64,000 bases of DNA from contig CAYSNP010000001.1 in assembly GCA_964432485.1 (NCBI GenBank), forward strand, positions 22,043 through 86,042, given 5' to 3'. The first letter of the stretch is position 1, and the number at the start of each line of letters is the position of its first letter. The translations under genes and the position numbers were made by a program. Origin of the DNA: an uncultured Christensenellaceae bacterium. GTDB taxonomy: Bacteria > Bacillota > Clostridia > Christensenellales > DTU072. Positions 46,739 to 57,900 of this stretch are shown piece by piece. The notes under the pieces are model-generated. The model was not told the DNA's origin, searched no databases, and worked only from the letters and a program-made list of their open reading frames with translations.

Positions 46739-48448
46739 TTATCCTTCAATAGCATTAAGCAAAGCTTCGGGATTGTCATATAACTTGCGGTAAAAAATAA
46801 GCATTAAGATAATATTTATCAATAAACAAGCTCCAAAGAAGGATAGCCCTGACGCTACTAAGGATATACCTCCTACAAATGCAAAAATCGAGCCCAAAAT
46901 CATATAAAGCATCCCTAACAACAGAATTGTCAATGTGGGTTTGAGCGATTTTTTATTATTCTTAGTAAGCTCAGTAATATTTTTCCAATTTAAGTTAGGG
47001 TTTTTAAGGTCATTTTGTAGTGATAAACAAGAAGAAGCCATGCTTACGGTAATTAAGGTGGCAAAGACCCCCAACCCAAACAAAATATTAAAATCATTTC
47101 TTATTATAAATGTTATTGTAACCAAAAAAACAGCAATAAAGTTCTGCAAAAGTGCTAAATACAACTTACCGTCCACTAATTGCTTTGCGCTAATTGGCAA
47201 AGATTTTAAGACAAGCAAATGCTTGCCTTCTCTGGAAAAGCCCACCATAGATATAACATTGGTAGCATTGATTAACAGGCTGGAAATATATAAAGTAAAG
47301 CCTGCTGAGAATAAAATACTTTTGTCTACCAAGCCGTCATCGCTGCCCATCCCAAAATTAAAAGAGCCTAATAGTAGCACCATTAGCGGAGCCATAACAA
47401 TACCCATTATGCTTTGCATAAAGAGCATTGGCACATTAATTAAGGTTTTTATCTCTTTTTTTAGAAAGGACAATGCAAAAGTGCGCTGATTGTTTTCGGT
47501 AATTTTGATCTTTTCTTTTGCTGATCCCGCACCTTCAATGATTGTTTTAATGCTTCGGGAGTAAAAAACAGATGATAGCAACACCGCTACTGCCAATCCG
47601 CTAATATTTATAGCCAAATATAAGAAAGTTTTTGCCAGGATTTTTTCTCCAAGCATTGCATCTACTGCCGGTGCATTGTATATAAAAATCTTTTTAAGAT
47701 TCTTCATCCCGTTAACAAGTCCGGCAGGCAGCGTGAAACTCCCTTCTTCGGAAACGGAAAAACCGCCCATAAAAGAGCCTAATGCGCCAAAATAAAGACC
47801 CATTATGCCTATAAATATTGCGCTTACAACAATGCTTTGCAGTAGCGGATTCCTTTTAAGCACTTTAACTACCTGCATTACTGGTATAGAAATAAAAGTA
47901 ATAATTAGTAGAGGCATCATAGGCGCTGCCAAAATACAGAGCAGTCCAACGAAAATGAACTCTGCTCCAAGCGCTACTCCATTAGAAAGCATTGCAATGC
48001 CATAAGTGGCAAAAGAAATAAGTAAAAAGTATGCGCTAATCACAAACTCTGCAATATACGCCATAGAAAATTTAGCTAAAAATATAGATTTATGAGCAAT
48101 AGGCAAGGTAGACAACAAGCTGTTATCTTTAGAAAAATAGAGATAGCCCATAACCGCGCTAATCCCAAAAAAGAACACTACAAGCTGACTCATAACAATA
48201 AGCAGCATCAAAAACTCGTTTTGCAAGCCCATTTCTAAAGAAGCTATTGAGCCTCCAAGCACAAACATTACTAAGTACGAACTAAGCAGTATTATTAAGA
48301 AAGCAATGCCTATTACTGTTAAGATTTTTGTAGCTTTGCTTTTTTTCTTTGCGCTGTCGCTTCTTTTAAAGCCAAAAAAAGTACCTGTCCTTAGCTTATC
48401 CTTAATAAGAATCTTTAAAAGCGCAGAATATCCCTTAATCGATTGCAT
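46739..48448 (-). CDS. polytopic ABC-exporter permease (putative ABC exporter family)
   Basis: At least 10 predicted TM helices. It is translationally coupled to the upstream ATPase. The ATG at 48448 is preceded by AAGGTGGGGG. Confidence 0.7.
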   Translation of the reverse strand: MQSIKGYSALLKILIKDKLRTGTFFGFKRSDSAKKKSKATKILTVIGIAFLIILLSSYLVMFVLGGSIASLEMGLQNEFLMLLIVMSQLVVFFFGISAVMGYLYFSKDNSLLSTLPIAHKSIFLAKFSMAYIAEFVISAYFLLISFATYGIAMLSNGVALGAEFIFVGLLCILAAPMMPLLIITFISIPVMQVVKVLKRNPLLQSIVVSAIFIGIMGLYFGALGSFMGGFSVSEEGSFTLPAGLVNGMKNLKKIFIYNAPAVDAMLGEKILAKTFLYLAINISGLAVAVLLSSVFYSRSIKTIIEGAGSAKEKIKITENNQRTFALSFLKKEIKTLINVPMLFMQSIMGIVMAPLMVLLLGSFNFGMGSDDGLVDKSILFSAGFTLYISSLLINATNVISMVGFSREGKHLLVLKSLPISAKQLVDGKLYLALLQNFIAVFLVTITFIIRNDFNILFGLGVFATLITVSMASSCLSLQNDLKNPNLNWKNITELTKNNKKSLKPTLTILLLGMLYMILGSIFAFVGGISLVASGLSFFGACLLINIILMLIFYRKLYDNPEALLNAIEG

Positions 48449-49178
48449 TATTGCCCCCACCTTTAGTAATGCTAAGGAAAATCTCCTCTAACGATACCTC
48501 GCTCCTCTTTTCCTTTAATTCCTCAATAGAAAAATCAGTAATTAGCTTACCTTTATCAATAATCATTATACGGGAGCATACTTTTTCCACCACTTCCAGC
48601 ACATGAGAGGAAAAGAAAACAACTTTGCCACGCTTAACATATTCGTTCATTACCTGTTTTAGCATAAAAGAGGATTGCGGGTCAAGCCCTGTCATTGGCT
48701 CATCCAAAATAAAGACTTCGGGCTCGTGCACTAAGGCACTTATTACGCTGATTTTTTGTTTCATACCATGGCTGTACTTGCTGATTTGCAAACCAAGTTT
48801 ATCTTGCATATCAAACATTTCACCGTAATGAGCAATCCGTGCTTTTCTGTCTTCGCTGGACACGCCAAAAATATCGCATATAAAATTGATATATTCAAAT
48901 CCGGTGAGTCCGTCATAAATAACATGCTCATCAGGCACATACCCTATCATTTGTTTGACAGCAATGGGGTTATCGGCCAAATTGATACCGCACACATTTA
49001 TGCTGCCTTCGTTATAAGGCAATATCCCCGTGATACACTTAATGGTAGTGGACTTCCCCGCACCGTTAGGGCCAAGAAACCCAATAATCTCGCCGCCATT
49101 GGCTACAAATGAAATATCATCTACCGCTTTAGTCGTGCTGCCGCCATAGCTTTTGCTTAAATTGGATACTCTTATCAT
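48435..49178 (-). CDS. ABC transporter ATP-binding protein
   Basis: Walker A GPNGAGKST, signature-like YSHGMKQK, and Walker B VFILDEP. Confidence 0.9.
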   Translation of the reverse strand: MIRVSNLSKSYGGSTTKAVDDISFVANGGEIIGFLGPNGAGKSTTIKCITGILPYNEGSINVCGINLADNPIAVKQMIGYVPDEHVIYDGLTGFEYINFICDIFGVSSEDRKARIAHYGEMFDMQDKLGLQISKYSHGMKQKISVISALVHEPEVFILDEPMTGLDPQSSFMLKQVMNEYVKRGKVVFFSSHVLEVVEKVCSRIMIIDKGKLITDFSIEELKEKRSEVSLEEIFLSITKGGGNNAID

Positions 49179-49187
49179 AACTCACCT

Positions 49188-49727
49188 TTAATAATTTTTT
49201 GCCAGTACCTCAAAGAACGCTTTGGGATGTTTGCAAACAGGGCAAAGGTCAGGAGCTTCTTTACCTGTATGAAAATGGCCGCAATTAGAGCATTTCCAAA
49301 CAACTTCAGCTTCCTTCTTAAAGACTGTACCTTCCTCAATATTTTTGGCAAGTGTGCAATAGCGTTCCTCATGCTCTTTTTCGATTCTGGCTACACCTTC
49401 AAAGGCATCTGCCAATTCGGTAAACCCTTCCTCTCTGGCATCTGCAGCAAATCTGGCATACATATCCGACCATTCGTATTTTTCCCCGCTGGCGGCAAGT
49501 AAAAGATTCTTATAAGTGTCAAAACTATTTTCGCCCAGTGCCTTAAACCATAGTTTAGCATGCTCTTTTTCGTTTAATGCGGTTTCTTGAAAAATATTAG
49601 CTATTTGCACATATCCTTCTTTTTTTGCTTTTGAAGAATAATATTCATATTTGTTTCGTGCCTGACTTTCGCCGGAAAATGCTTCCCATAAATTCTTTTC
49701 CGTTTTAGTTCCTTTTAAGTCTTTCAT
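49188..49727 (-). CDS. rbr: rubrerythrin
   Basis: Ferritin-like diiron ExxH repeats (EKEHAKL, EKEHEER) and a C-terminal rubredoxin-like CSNCGH...CPVCKHP. Confidence 0.9.
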   Translation of the reverse strand: MKDLKGTKTEKNLWEAFSGESQARNKYEYYSSKAKKEGYVQIANIFQETALNEKEHAKLWFKALGENSFDTYKNLLLAASGEKYEWSDMYARFAADAREEGFTELADAFEGVARIEKEHEERYCTLAKNIEEGTVFKKEAEVVWKCSNCGHFHTGKEAPDLCPVCKHPKAFFEVLAKNY

Positions 49728-49728
49728 T

Positions 49729-51009
49729 TTAATTCTCCTTTTTTATAGACTTTTTAATTTTTATATTTGCCTCTTGTCCGTTTTGGCTGGGGGTGTAAAA
49801 GATTTGGTCTGCTACTTTATCGGGAAGATACTGTTGCTGCACCCAACCGCCAAAATTGTGAGGGTATTTGTAACCTTGTACATCTTTATTATAATGATTA
49901 TCTCTTAAATGTAAAGGTACGGGAGCTTCATATTTTTCTACCGCTTCCGCCGCTTTGCCAAGTGCAACGACAACGCTATTGGATTTTGGTGCTAAACTCA
50001 CATAAATAATGGCTTGAGATAGCGGAATAGCACCCTCAGGCAATCCAATCCGCTCATATGCCAGCATTGCAGAGGTAGCAATTGTAAGCGCATTGGGGTC
50101 AGCCAGCCCAACATCTTCAGCAGAATGCACTACCAGCCTGCGAAAAATAAGCATTGGATCACATCCCGCTTTAATTAGCCTTTGGCTGTAATAAAGTGCG
50201 GCATCGGCATCGCTGCCTCTTAAACTTTTGCAAAATGCGCTTAATATATCGTAATAGTTATCTTGGTCAATACTAAGCGCCCTTTTTTGAGCTGCCTGTT
50301 CTGCGGCTTGCTTGTTTATAACTACTGTACCTTGCGCATTTTTTTCTGCACTGGTAACAGAAAGCTCCAAAACATTATAAGCCATGCGCATATCGCCAGA
50401 AGCAACCCAAGCTATATGCTGTAGCGCACCTGCCTCAAGCTCAATATTATAATGCCCTATTCCATTTTCTTTATCGGCAAGGGCACGGTTTAACCCTATT
50501 AGAATTTCGCTTTCACTAAGTTTATTAAATTCAAAAATGCGGCATCTGCTTACAAAAGCATTGGTCATAGAAACATATGGATTTTCTGTAGTGGTGCCAA
50601 TAAAGATTATTTCGCCTTTTTCAATGGCGGATAGCACGCTGTCAGACTGCGCCTTGCTCCATCTATGACATTCGTCTAAAATCAAAAAGGTCTTTTTGCC
50701 ATATAATTGCAAGTCTTGCTGCGCTTGCTTGATAACAGCTTTTGCATCTGCAACGCCAGAAGATACCGCATTAAGATATACACTATTTGCATTGCTTGAA
50801 GAGGCTATAATCCCCGCTAAGGTAGACTTGCCCGAGCCCGGAGGACCAAAAAATATACAGCTACCTAAATTATCTACTTTTATAGCTTTTAACAATAAGG
50901 AGTTATGAGAAATCAGGTGCGTTTGACCAATAAAATCTTCTATTTTCTTTGGACGCATCCTATCCGCCAGCGGAGCATGCTTTTTTTCTAAATAAGCAAA
51001 TAAATCCAT
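49729..51009 (-). CDS. rarA: replication-associated recombination protein A (RarA/MgsA AAA+ ATPase)
   Basis: [20 protein letters not shown], Walker [18 protein letters not shown], and [11 protein letters not shown]. Confidence 0.9.
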   Translation of the reverse strand: MDLFAYLEKKHAPLADRMRPKKIEDFIGQTHLISHNSLLLKAIKVDNLGSCIFFGPPGSGKSTLAGIIASSSNANSVYLNAVSSGVADAKAVIKQAQQDLQLYGKKTFLILDECHRWSKAQSDSVLSAIEKGEIIFIGTTTENPYVSMTNAFVSRCRIFEFNKLSESEILIGLNRALADKENGIGHYNIELEAGALQHIAWVASGDMRMAYNVLELSVTSAEKNAQGTVVINKQAAEQAAQKRALSIDQDNYYDILSAFCKSLRGSDADAALYYSQRLIKAGCDPMLIFRRLVVHSAEDVGLADPNALTIATSAMLAYERIGLPEGAIPLSQAIIYVSLAPKSNSVVVALGKAAEAVEKYEAPVPLHLRDNHYNKDVQGYKYPHNFGGWVQQQYLPDKVADQIFYTPSQNGQEANIKIKKSIKKEN

Positions 51010-51073
51010 ATGATACCAATGTTACCATTATTTGGTTTTTTTGTCAATGAAACACCATAGCTGTGCGTCCCTT

Positions 51074-51787
51074 TTAGCAGCCGACATCCTTATAGCCAAT
51101 CAGCTCTTTTATCACCTCTCCTGCCAGCATTAAACCTGCTGTCCCCGTAACAAAAGCGGCGCTTCCGATTATTCTTTCATTTGCATTGCCGCTTTTTATA
51201 GGCTGCTCTTTTGAATAAATTACTTTTAGCTTTTCAATACCGTTTTGCGTGCAAAGTTTACGCATTGCCTTTGCCAAAGGGCAAACTTTAGTGTTATAAA
51301 TATCGTCTGCTACAAATGCGTCGGCTTGCAGTCTGTTACCTGCTCCCATACAGCTGATAATAGGAATGCTTTCAGCTTGAGCCCTTTTTATAAGCTCAAT
51401 TTTACAGAAAATAGTGTCAATTGCATCTACAATATAATTATATTGAGAAAAATCAAAGCTGTCAGCAGTTTGTAAGGTATAGAATAAGTTATATTTACTT
51501 ACTTTGCATTCAGGATTGATATCAAGTATCCTTTGTGCAACAATATCTACTTTTGCCTTGCCTATTGTAGCATGGGTTGCACTGAGTTGCCTATTGATAT
51601 TTGATATAGTATAAACATCTCCGTCGACAATAGAGATTGCTCCTATACCGCTACGTGCAAGCGCATCTGCCGCATAGCTCCCTACTCCCCCCAGTCCAAA
51701 TATGGCAACATTGCTGCGAGCAAGTAAATCCAGCGCTTCTTTACCAATGATTGTCTGTAATCTAGAAAACTTTGTATCTTTATTCAT
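51074..51787 (-). CDS. tcdA: tRNA threonylcarbamoyladenosine dehydratase (TcdA/CsdL, ThiF family)
   Basis: FSRLQTIIGKEALDLL...VAIFGLGGVGSYAADALARSGIG...VDGDVYTISNINRQ. The start is uncertain (51787 or 51808). Confidence 0.85.
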   Translation of the reverse strand: MNKDTKFSRLQTIIGKEALDLLARSNVAIFGLGGVGSYAADALARSGIGAISIVDGDVYTISNINRQLSATHATIGKAKVDIVAQRILDINPECKVSKYNLFYTLQTADSFDFSQYNYIVDAIDTIFCKIELIKRAQAESIPIISCMGAGNRLQADAFVADDIYNTKVCPLAKAMRKLCTQNGIEKLKVIYSKEQPIKSGNANERIIGSAAFVTGTAGLMLAGEVIKELIGYKDVGC

Positions 51788-51915
51788 TACTATTATTTTA
51801 ACCTTCATGCAAACTTAATGCAAGCAGATTTTACAGCGGTGTTAGTTTAGCTTATAATTTTGCCAAATTAGTATATGATAAATGATAGTGATAATAATTT
51901 ACCAATGGGAGAATT

Positions 51916-54900
51916 ATGGAATACCTTTATTTGCTTTTAGCTTTGGTAGGCTTAGCCTTTGTTTTAATGATACTCTCCAATAAAAGAGAAAATATTGAAA
52001 AAATACAAATGCGCACCCTTTCTGAGGAGGACTTTGCTGCCGGAATCAGAGCTAAAGCAAGAGATTTTAGAAGTCTTTCGCATGGGAGAGGTGTAAACAT
52101 TTTTGCGCTTTCTCACCAAATCAATAAGGCTATTCAAAGCATTAACAGAAAGAATAATGCAAATCGTCCGCTTTTTGAACATGAAAGATGGCTATATGAG
52201 AACTACTATTTAGTGCGCAGATATATGGCGGCGCATCATAATAGAAGTTTTAACAGGCTGCCTAATTCCAATCAGCAAATCCGAATATTAGAATTTGCAC
52301 GGTTTATTGTGGCTAACAGTACGGAAAACCTAACACAAGAACGGGTGCTTGCCGCCATTAAAATGATAAATAATGAAACATCGCTGTACCTTAACGAAAT
52401 AATGAATTTTAAAAAAGCTATTACTTATGCGCTAATCGAACAAATATATATATTGAGCGAAAGAGTCATTTACCATAACAAAATGGCTCGGCAAGCCAAT
52501 AAAAAGCTGTTTAAGGGAGAGCACTTACGCAGCGATATTTATGCCCATTACGCCTTAAAGAATCCTCGTTTAAGCGCAGCCGCTCATTCAGAGCTGCTAA
52601 AAATGGGCGTGGAGTCCAAAAGCATAGACTACAATTACAGCCTTTCTATATTGGAAAGCACCAAAATGGCAAAAAGCCTTTTTAAGTCCTTAATGCATAT
52701 CAACAGCTTATTTAATGAGGATGTGCTAATCAATCATTTGAATATTTCAAAAGTGCTTAATAAAGATGACCAATATGCCAATATGAGTTTGGACACTAAA
52801 AAGAATTACCTATCAATAATTGAAAGAATAAGTTCTAAACTTAATGTCAGCGAACTGCTAACTGCTAATAAACTGATAGAATTGGCAAGATATAACGATA
52901 TTTATTTTGGCGAAATCCTTTCCGGTCACCCTAAGCGATTGTACTGCTTTATAAAGAATAATAAGCTTGTTAAAATTAAGGTCAGGCCAAGTTTTAGAAA
53001 CGAATGTGTTTATATAACAGCTTTAAGCGTTTTGGCTCTTGCTGCTGCTTTTGGGTTTGGCTGGCTTTACCGCAGCGTATGGTTAGGGCTGCTTAGCCTA
53101 GTACCTATTTTCTTTATAGCAGAAAAGCTCATAAATGCCGTATTGTCCGCCATTGTCAATTCCAGAAATATCCCAAGTATGAACTATACCTCTATCCCCA
53201 ACGAGTGCAATACCTTAATTGTAATTTCGCAATTTATTGGCGATAGAGCGCAGCTTGAGGAAGCACTTGCTCACTTGCGAGCAGTTAAGGAAAGTAATAA
53301 TGATAAAAATATACAAACTTCTTTATTAATAGATTTTAAGAGCAGCAAAAAGGAAATTGACCCTCAAGACTCAATTCTGCTAGAAATGTTAAGACAATTT
53401 GAAGGTGAGGCGGGCTTTAATATCTTTGTGCGAAAACGCTCTAAAATTGGTGATAAATATGCAGGCTGGGAAAGAAAACGAGGGGCAATAATGGCGCTTG
53501 CCCGCTATTTGGTTACCGGTGATTCCAAAGATTTCTTTTATGTTTGCAATCGCAATGCGCCTTCGCCTAAGTATATCATAGTATTAGATGATGACAATGT
53601 AATGCTCCCCGGTGCGGCAAAGGAGCTTATTAACTTAATAGCTCACCCCGGTAATGCCGGCTATGATTTAATAGCCACCAGAAGCAAGTTCAATTTGTAT
53701 TCAATCAAGACTCCCTTTTCTCGGCGTTTTTTGGCGGAAAGCGGGGTAGAAGCATATCCTAATTACAGCTCGCTTTACTTTAACTTATTTAAGAAAGACA
53801 TTTTTTGCGGCAAAGGGATTTTTCGGCTAAAGGAGTTTTATAATAAATTAGACGGTATCTTCCCATCCAATAAGATATTGAGCCACGACATTATAGAAGG
53901 TGCAATATTGTCAACAGCAAGCACTTCCTTTATTTATGAAAATGCACCTAAGAACTTTGTTTCAGAAAAAGAGCGCAGAACCCGTTGGGCAAGAGGCGAC
54001 ATAGAACTGCTGCCCTTTATTTTATGCAAATGGAATAACGATGAAAAAGATATTTACAAGTCAGAAATCAGCCCTTTTTATAAGTTTATAATAATAAAAA
54101 ATGCACTTAATATTCTTTTGCCTGCCTTTGTACTGGCTATCGTAATCCTCTTTTTTGTCAATCCTTCAATTTGGCTGCTTGCAGGAATTACCGTCCTTTC
54201 TGCACTTGTAATTGATTGGATAACTGCTTTGCGCAGAGCCAAGGACGGAATAAGGCTAAGATATATCCTGCTGCAAATATGGACCAGCGCATACTTAACT
54301 GCAGAAATGCTGTTATTGCTGCCTTTTGAAGCCTACCATGGCATTAAAACCTTTATAGTTACAGCAGTAAAAATGATAAAAAAAGGCAATTTGCTGGAAT
54401 GGAAAACTTATTATTCTTCTCAAAAAGCCTCTGGATTTTTGAAATTTGTTACTTTAACCGCCCCTTCTATGCCTATAATGTTAATAGTTGCTATTATTTT
54501 AACTTTGCTGCGTGTAAATATAGCCGCATTAGCAATTTTTACCCTTTTATCATACTTGTATTTGCCTTTACTATATTTGCTTGGCCTAGAAAAAGCGGAA
54601 AGGAGCTTAACTGAAAAAGATAAAAAGCTACTGGGCGATTATGCTGTCAAAACATATAATTATTTTAAGTTTATGAATAACAATATGGATTTGATTGCAG
54701 ATAATTTACAGCTAAAACCTTATAAAGGAACATCGGAAACAACTTCTCCCACTAATATCGGATATAGCTTGCTTGCCGAAGTTTGCGCATATTATCTTAA
54801 ACTAAACGAATTGGAAAATGTAATAGACAATATTGAAAAAACCTTAAACAAAATTACTGTACTGCAAAAATGGAATGGCAACCTATACAATTGGTACTAT

Positions 54901-57900
54901 GTAAAGAATGGCGAGGTTGCGCAAAAGTTTGTATCCAGCGTAGATAGCGGCAACCTAGTAGCGTCATTGATAGTTGTAACAGAGTTCTTAAAAGAACATA
55001 ATGCTTCAATGCTTGCAAAAAAGGCTCAAACCATTATAGATAATACTAATTTAAGCAGTTTGTATGACAATACTGCCAATCTATTTTATTTAGGTTACTA
55101 CCCTAATGAAAATCGATTTGAAGGAGCGTATGACTTGCTGGCTTCCGAGTCCCGCCTGCTAAGTTTAATATATATTGCTTATGGCGGGTCTATTGCACAT
55201 TATAGAGAATTGACTCGTGACTATACCCCTATTCGGGGCAACACCCTGTATTCTTGGTCCGGCACTGCATTTGAATACTTAATGCCCTCGCTGTTTATTA
55301 AACCGCCTCCGTATTCGTTACTCGACCATTCCTGCAGGAATGCGGTAAGCGCACAAAAAAAGGTAAGAAAGAAGCGTACTTGGGGCATAAGCGAAAGCGG
55401 ATATTACAGCTTTGATGAGGACTTAAAATATCAATATAAAGCCTTTGGCGTCAATGATTTATCACTTGATATAGATAAAAATGAAGTGGTGCTTTCTCCA
55501 TACAGCAGCTTTTTAGCATTGGATATTTCACCCCGCAGCGTAATTAAAAACCTAAAAAGGCTGCAAAAAGCCGGGGCTTACGGCGAATATGGATTTTATG
55601 AATCTATAGATTTTATTAATAAAAAGCAAATTGTATCTTCATTTATGACCCATCATCAAGGGATGATAATTGCATCCTTAGCAAACTTTTTGACCGCTGG
55701 CGCTATTGAAAAATTAATGTTAAGGAATCCTAAGATAGAGGGAATAAAAATTCTGCTGTCGGAACGAACCAGCCAACAAGTGTACAGACGCAAGCAAAAA
55801 GATAAAAAGATACAAGCTAAAAGGGACAATTCTAAGTTTAGCGAAAGCTATATGCACCTAAAAGATAAGCTATACAGCGGCGGGCTTTCTAACGGTACAA
55901 TTACGGGCTTTTATGATAGCAATGGCAATAGTTTTCTAAAATATCAAGATATCTTTATTAATAAGTTTAGAGCGGATTATCAATCAGTATATGGTGGAGT
56001 CTTTTACATTAAGCAAAACAACAAACTGTACTCTCCCACTTATTACCCTTTAGCAGGCGATAAAGAAAATTATGTTTTTACAGTAAACAGCGATAGTATT
56101 AATTATGCCAATACCAAAGATAAGGTATCCTTGGATATTGCAATAGACGACGATTTTAATGCAGAGGTAAAACGGTTGACACTTGGTACTAATAACCAAA
56201 ATCCTACCGTGTACTTTTTTGAAGAATTGGCAGTAAGCAAAGCAGAAGAGCACGAAGCACACCAAACCTTTTGCAATATGTTTATTAGCACAAGCATTGA
56301 TAAAGAAAAAAATGTGGTCTTAGTGCACCGTAAAGCAAGAGGGAAGAAAGGCGATATTTATATAGCTTATATAATAAGGGGACTAAAAGACTTAGAAATA
56401 GAGACCAATCGGTTTAACTTTATTGGCCGCAAAAGAGAGGAGCATACCCCCGCTTTTATTTTTGATAAGCATATCAAATACAATTCGGAAGGAGATGTGC
56501 TAGAGCCTTGTATTGGCTTTGCCGGCAAATTCAAAAAGCGTGAAGGTGCGGGATACAAGTGCGAAATTATCAAGATAGTTGACGAAAACAAAGATAGCTT
56601 ACTCAATTTGATAGACTTGATACCTTCAGATTTTTATGAGTATGCACTTGAGAAATCTACTCAATTTATCTTTCATAAACAGGCCGGAGCTCTTGCCGCT
56701 TCATTGTTGTACAAGCCTTATTCCAAAGAGGCCCTAAGATTTGTTATGGAAAACGACCTTCTAAAGGAGTTTATTGAGCTAACCGACTTCAAAAAGACAA
56801 TACTGTTTTATTTTAACGATATAGAAGATACCGAAAAGCTGTTAACGCTATGCTCAATAATCAACAGCTTGTATTTATTTAACATTAAGGTCAGACCTAT
56901 TATAATTTATAAGGAGTCTTTTGATAAAAATATTAAAGAGCATATTGAGGAAAAATTAAAAAGATACTTTATAATTAATTATAAATTAATTGAATCAAAT
57001 GAGGAAAAAAGCTATATAGCAGAGTTTGCTTTTATTACGCTAAACGAGAATCTTGCTATAAATGAAAGTGTTTTTATAGATAAAAGACGCCAAAGTTTGC
57101 CTAATCAAGCGGCAAAAGTTGAAAAAGACAAAGAACATTGGGGCTTAGAATCCGGAGTCGGCAGTTTTGATGCGGAAGGCAACTATATTATAGATAATAC
57201 AAGGACAACGGACTTGCCATACTCAAATATTGTAGCAGGCAGATATGGGGGCTTTGTAATTACAGAAAATGGCGGCGGTTTTACCTACTTTGAAAACAGC
57301 AGAGAAAATAAAGTTACCCGCTTTGAAAATGACCCAATTAAAGATATAGCTTATGAACAGTTGCTTTTATGCTCAGACGACAATTTTAGACTTAATTGCA
57401 GCTCGCACCATACTATAGTTACTCATAACTTAGGCAGCACAGTTTTTGCAACTAAATTGAATGAATTGCAAATAAACAGCGAGTTTTATATTATTGAAGA
57501 GGGCAAAGTTAAAGTAATAGAGGTCTCTGCCCGTCAAAAAAATATGGATAACTTATGCTTTTCGTATATTATTGATTGCGCTTTAGGGTGGAAGCATGAA
57601 GATACTTTTCTGTACACATATTTTGAAGAAGATATCCTTAAAGTGATAAACCTTAAAAACTCACAAAGCGTATATATTAAAATCATTGGCAGCAATACAA
57701 CCGTCAATTATAATGAAAATAAAGCACTGCCCAATCTTTTAATTAAAATTGATAAGCCTTTATCTCAAAACAAGTTTTATATTGTTATGTCAAGCAGGCT
57801 TGAGAACATTTTGGAGCTATCTGCTGAAAAAATTGATTATAAAAAAGAAGAAGGACTACAGTATTATAAAAATCTGTCTAATATAGAACTATCCAGCAAT

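Noticed and set aside
49175-49372. 65-aa minus-strand ORF overlapping the 3' part of rubrerythrin
   Set aside because: It is an out-of-frame overlap with a well-supported gene, with no independent signals.
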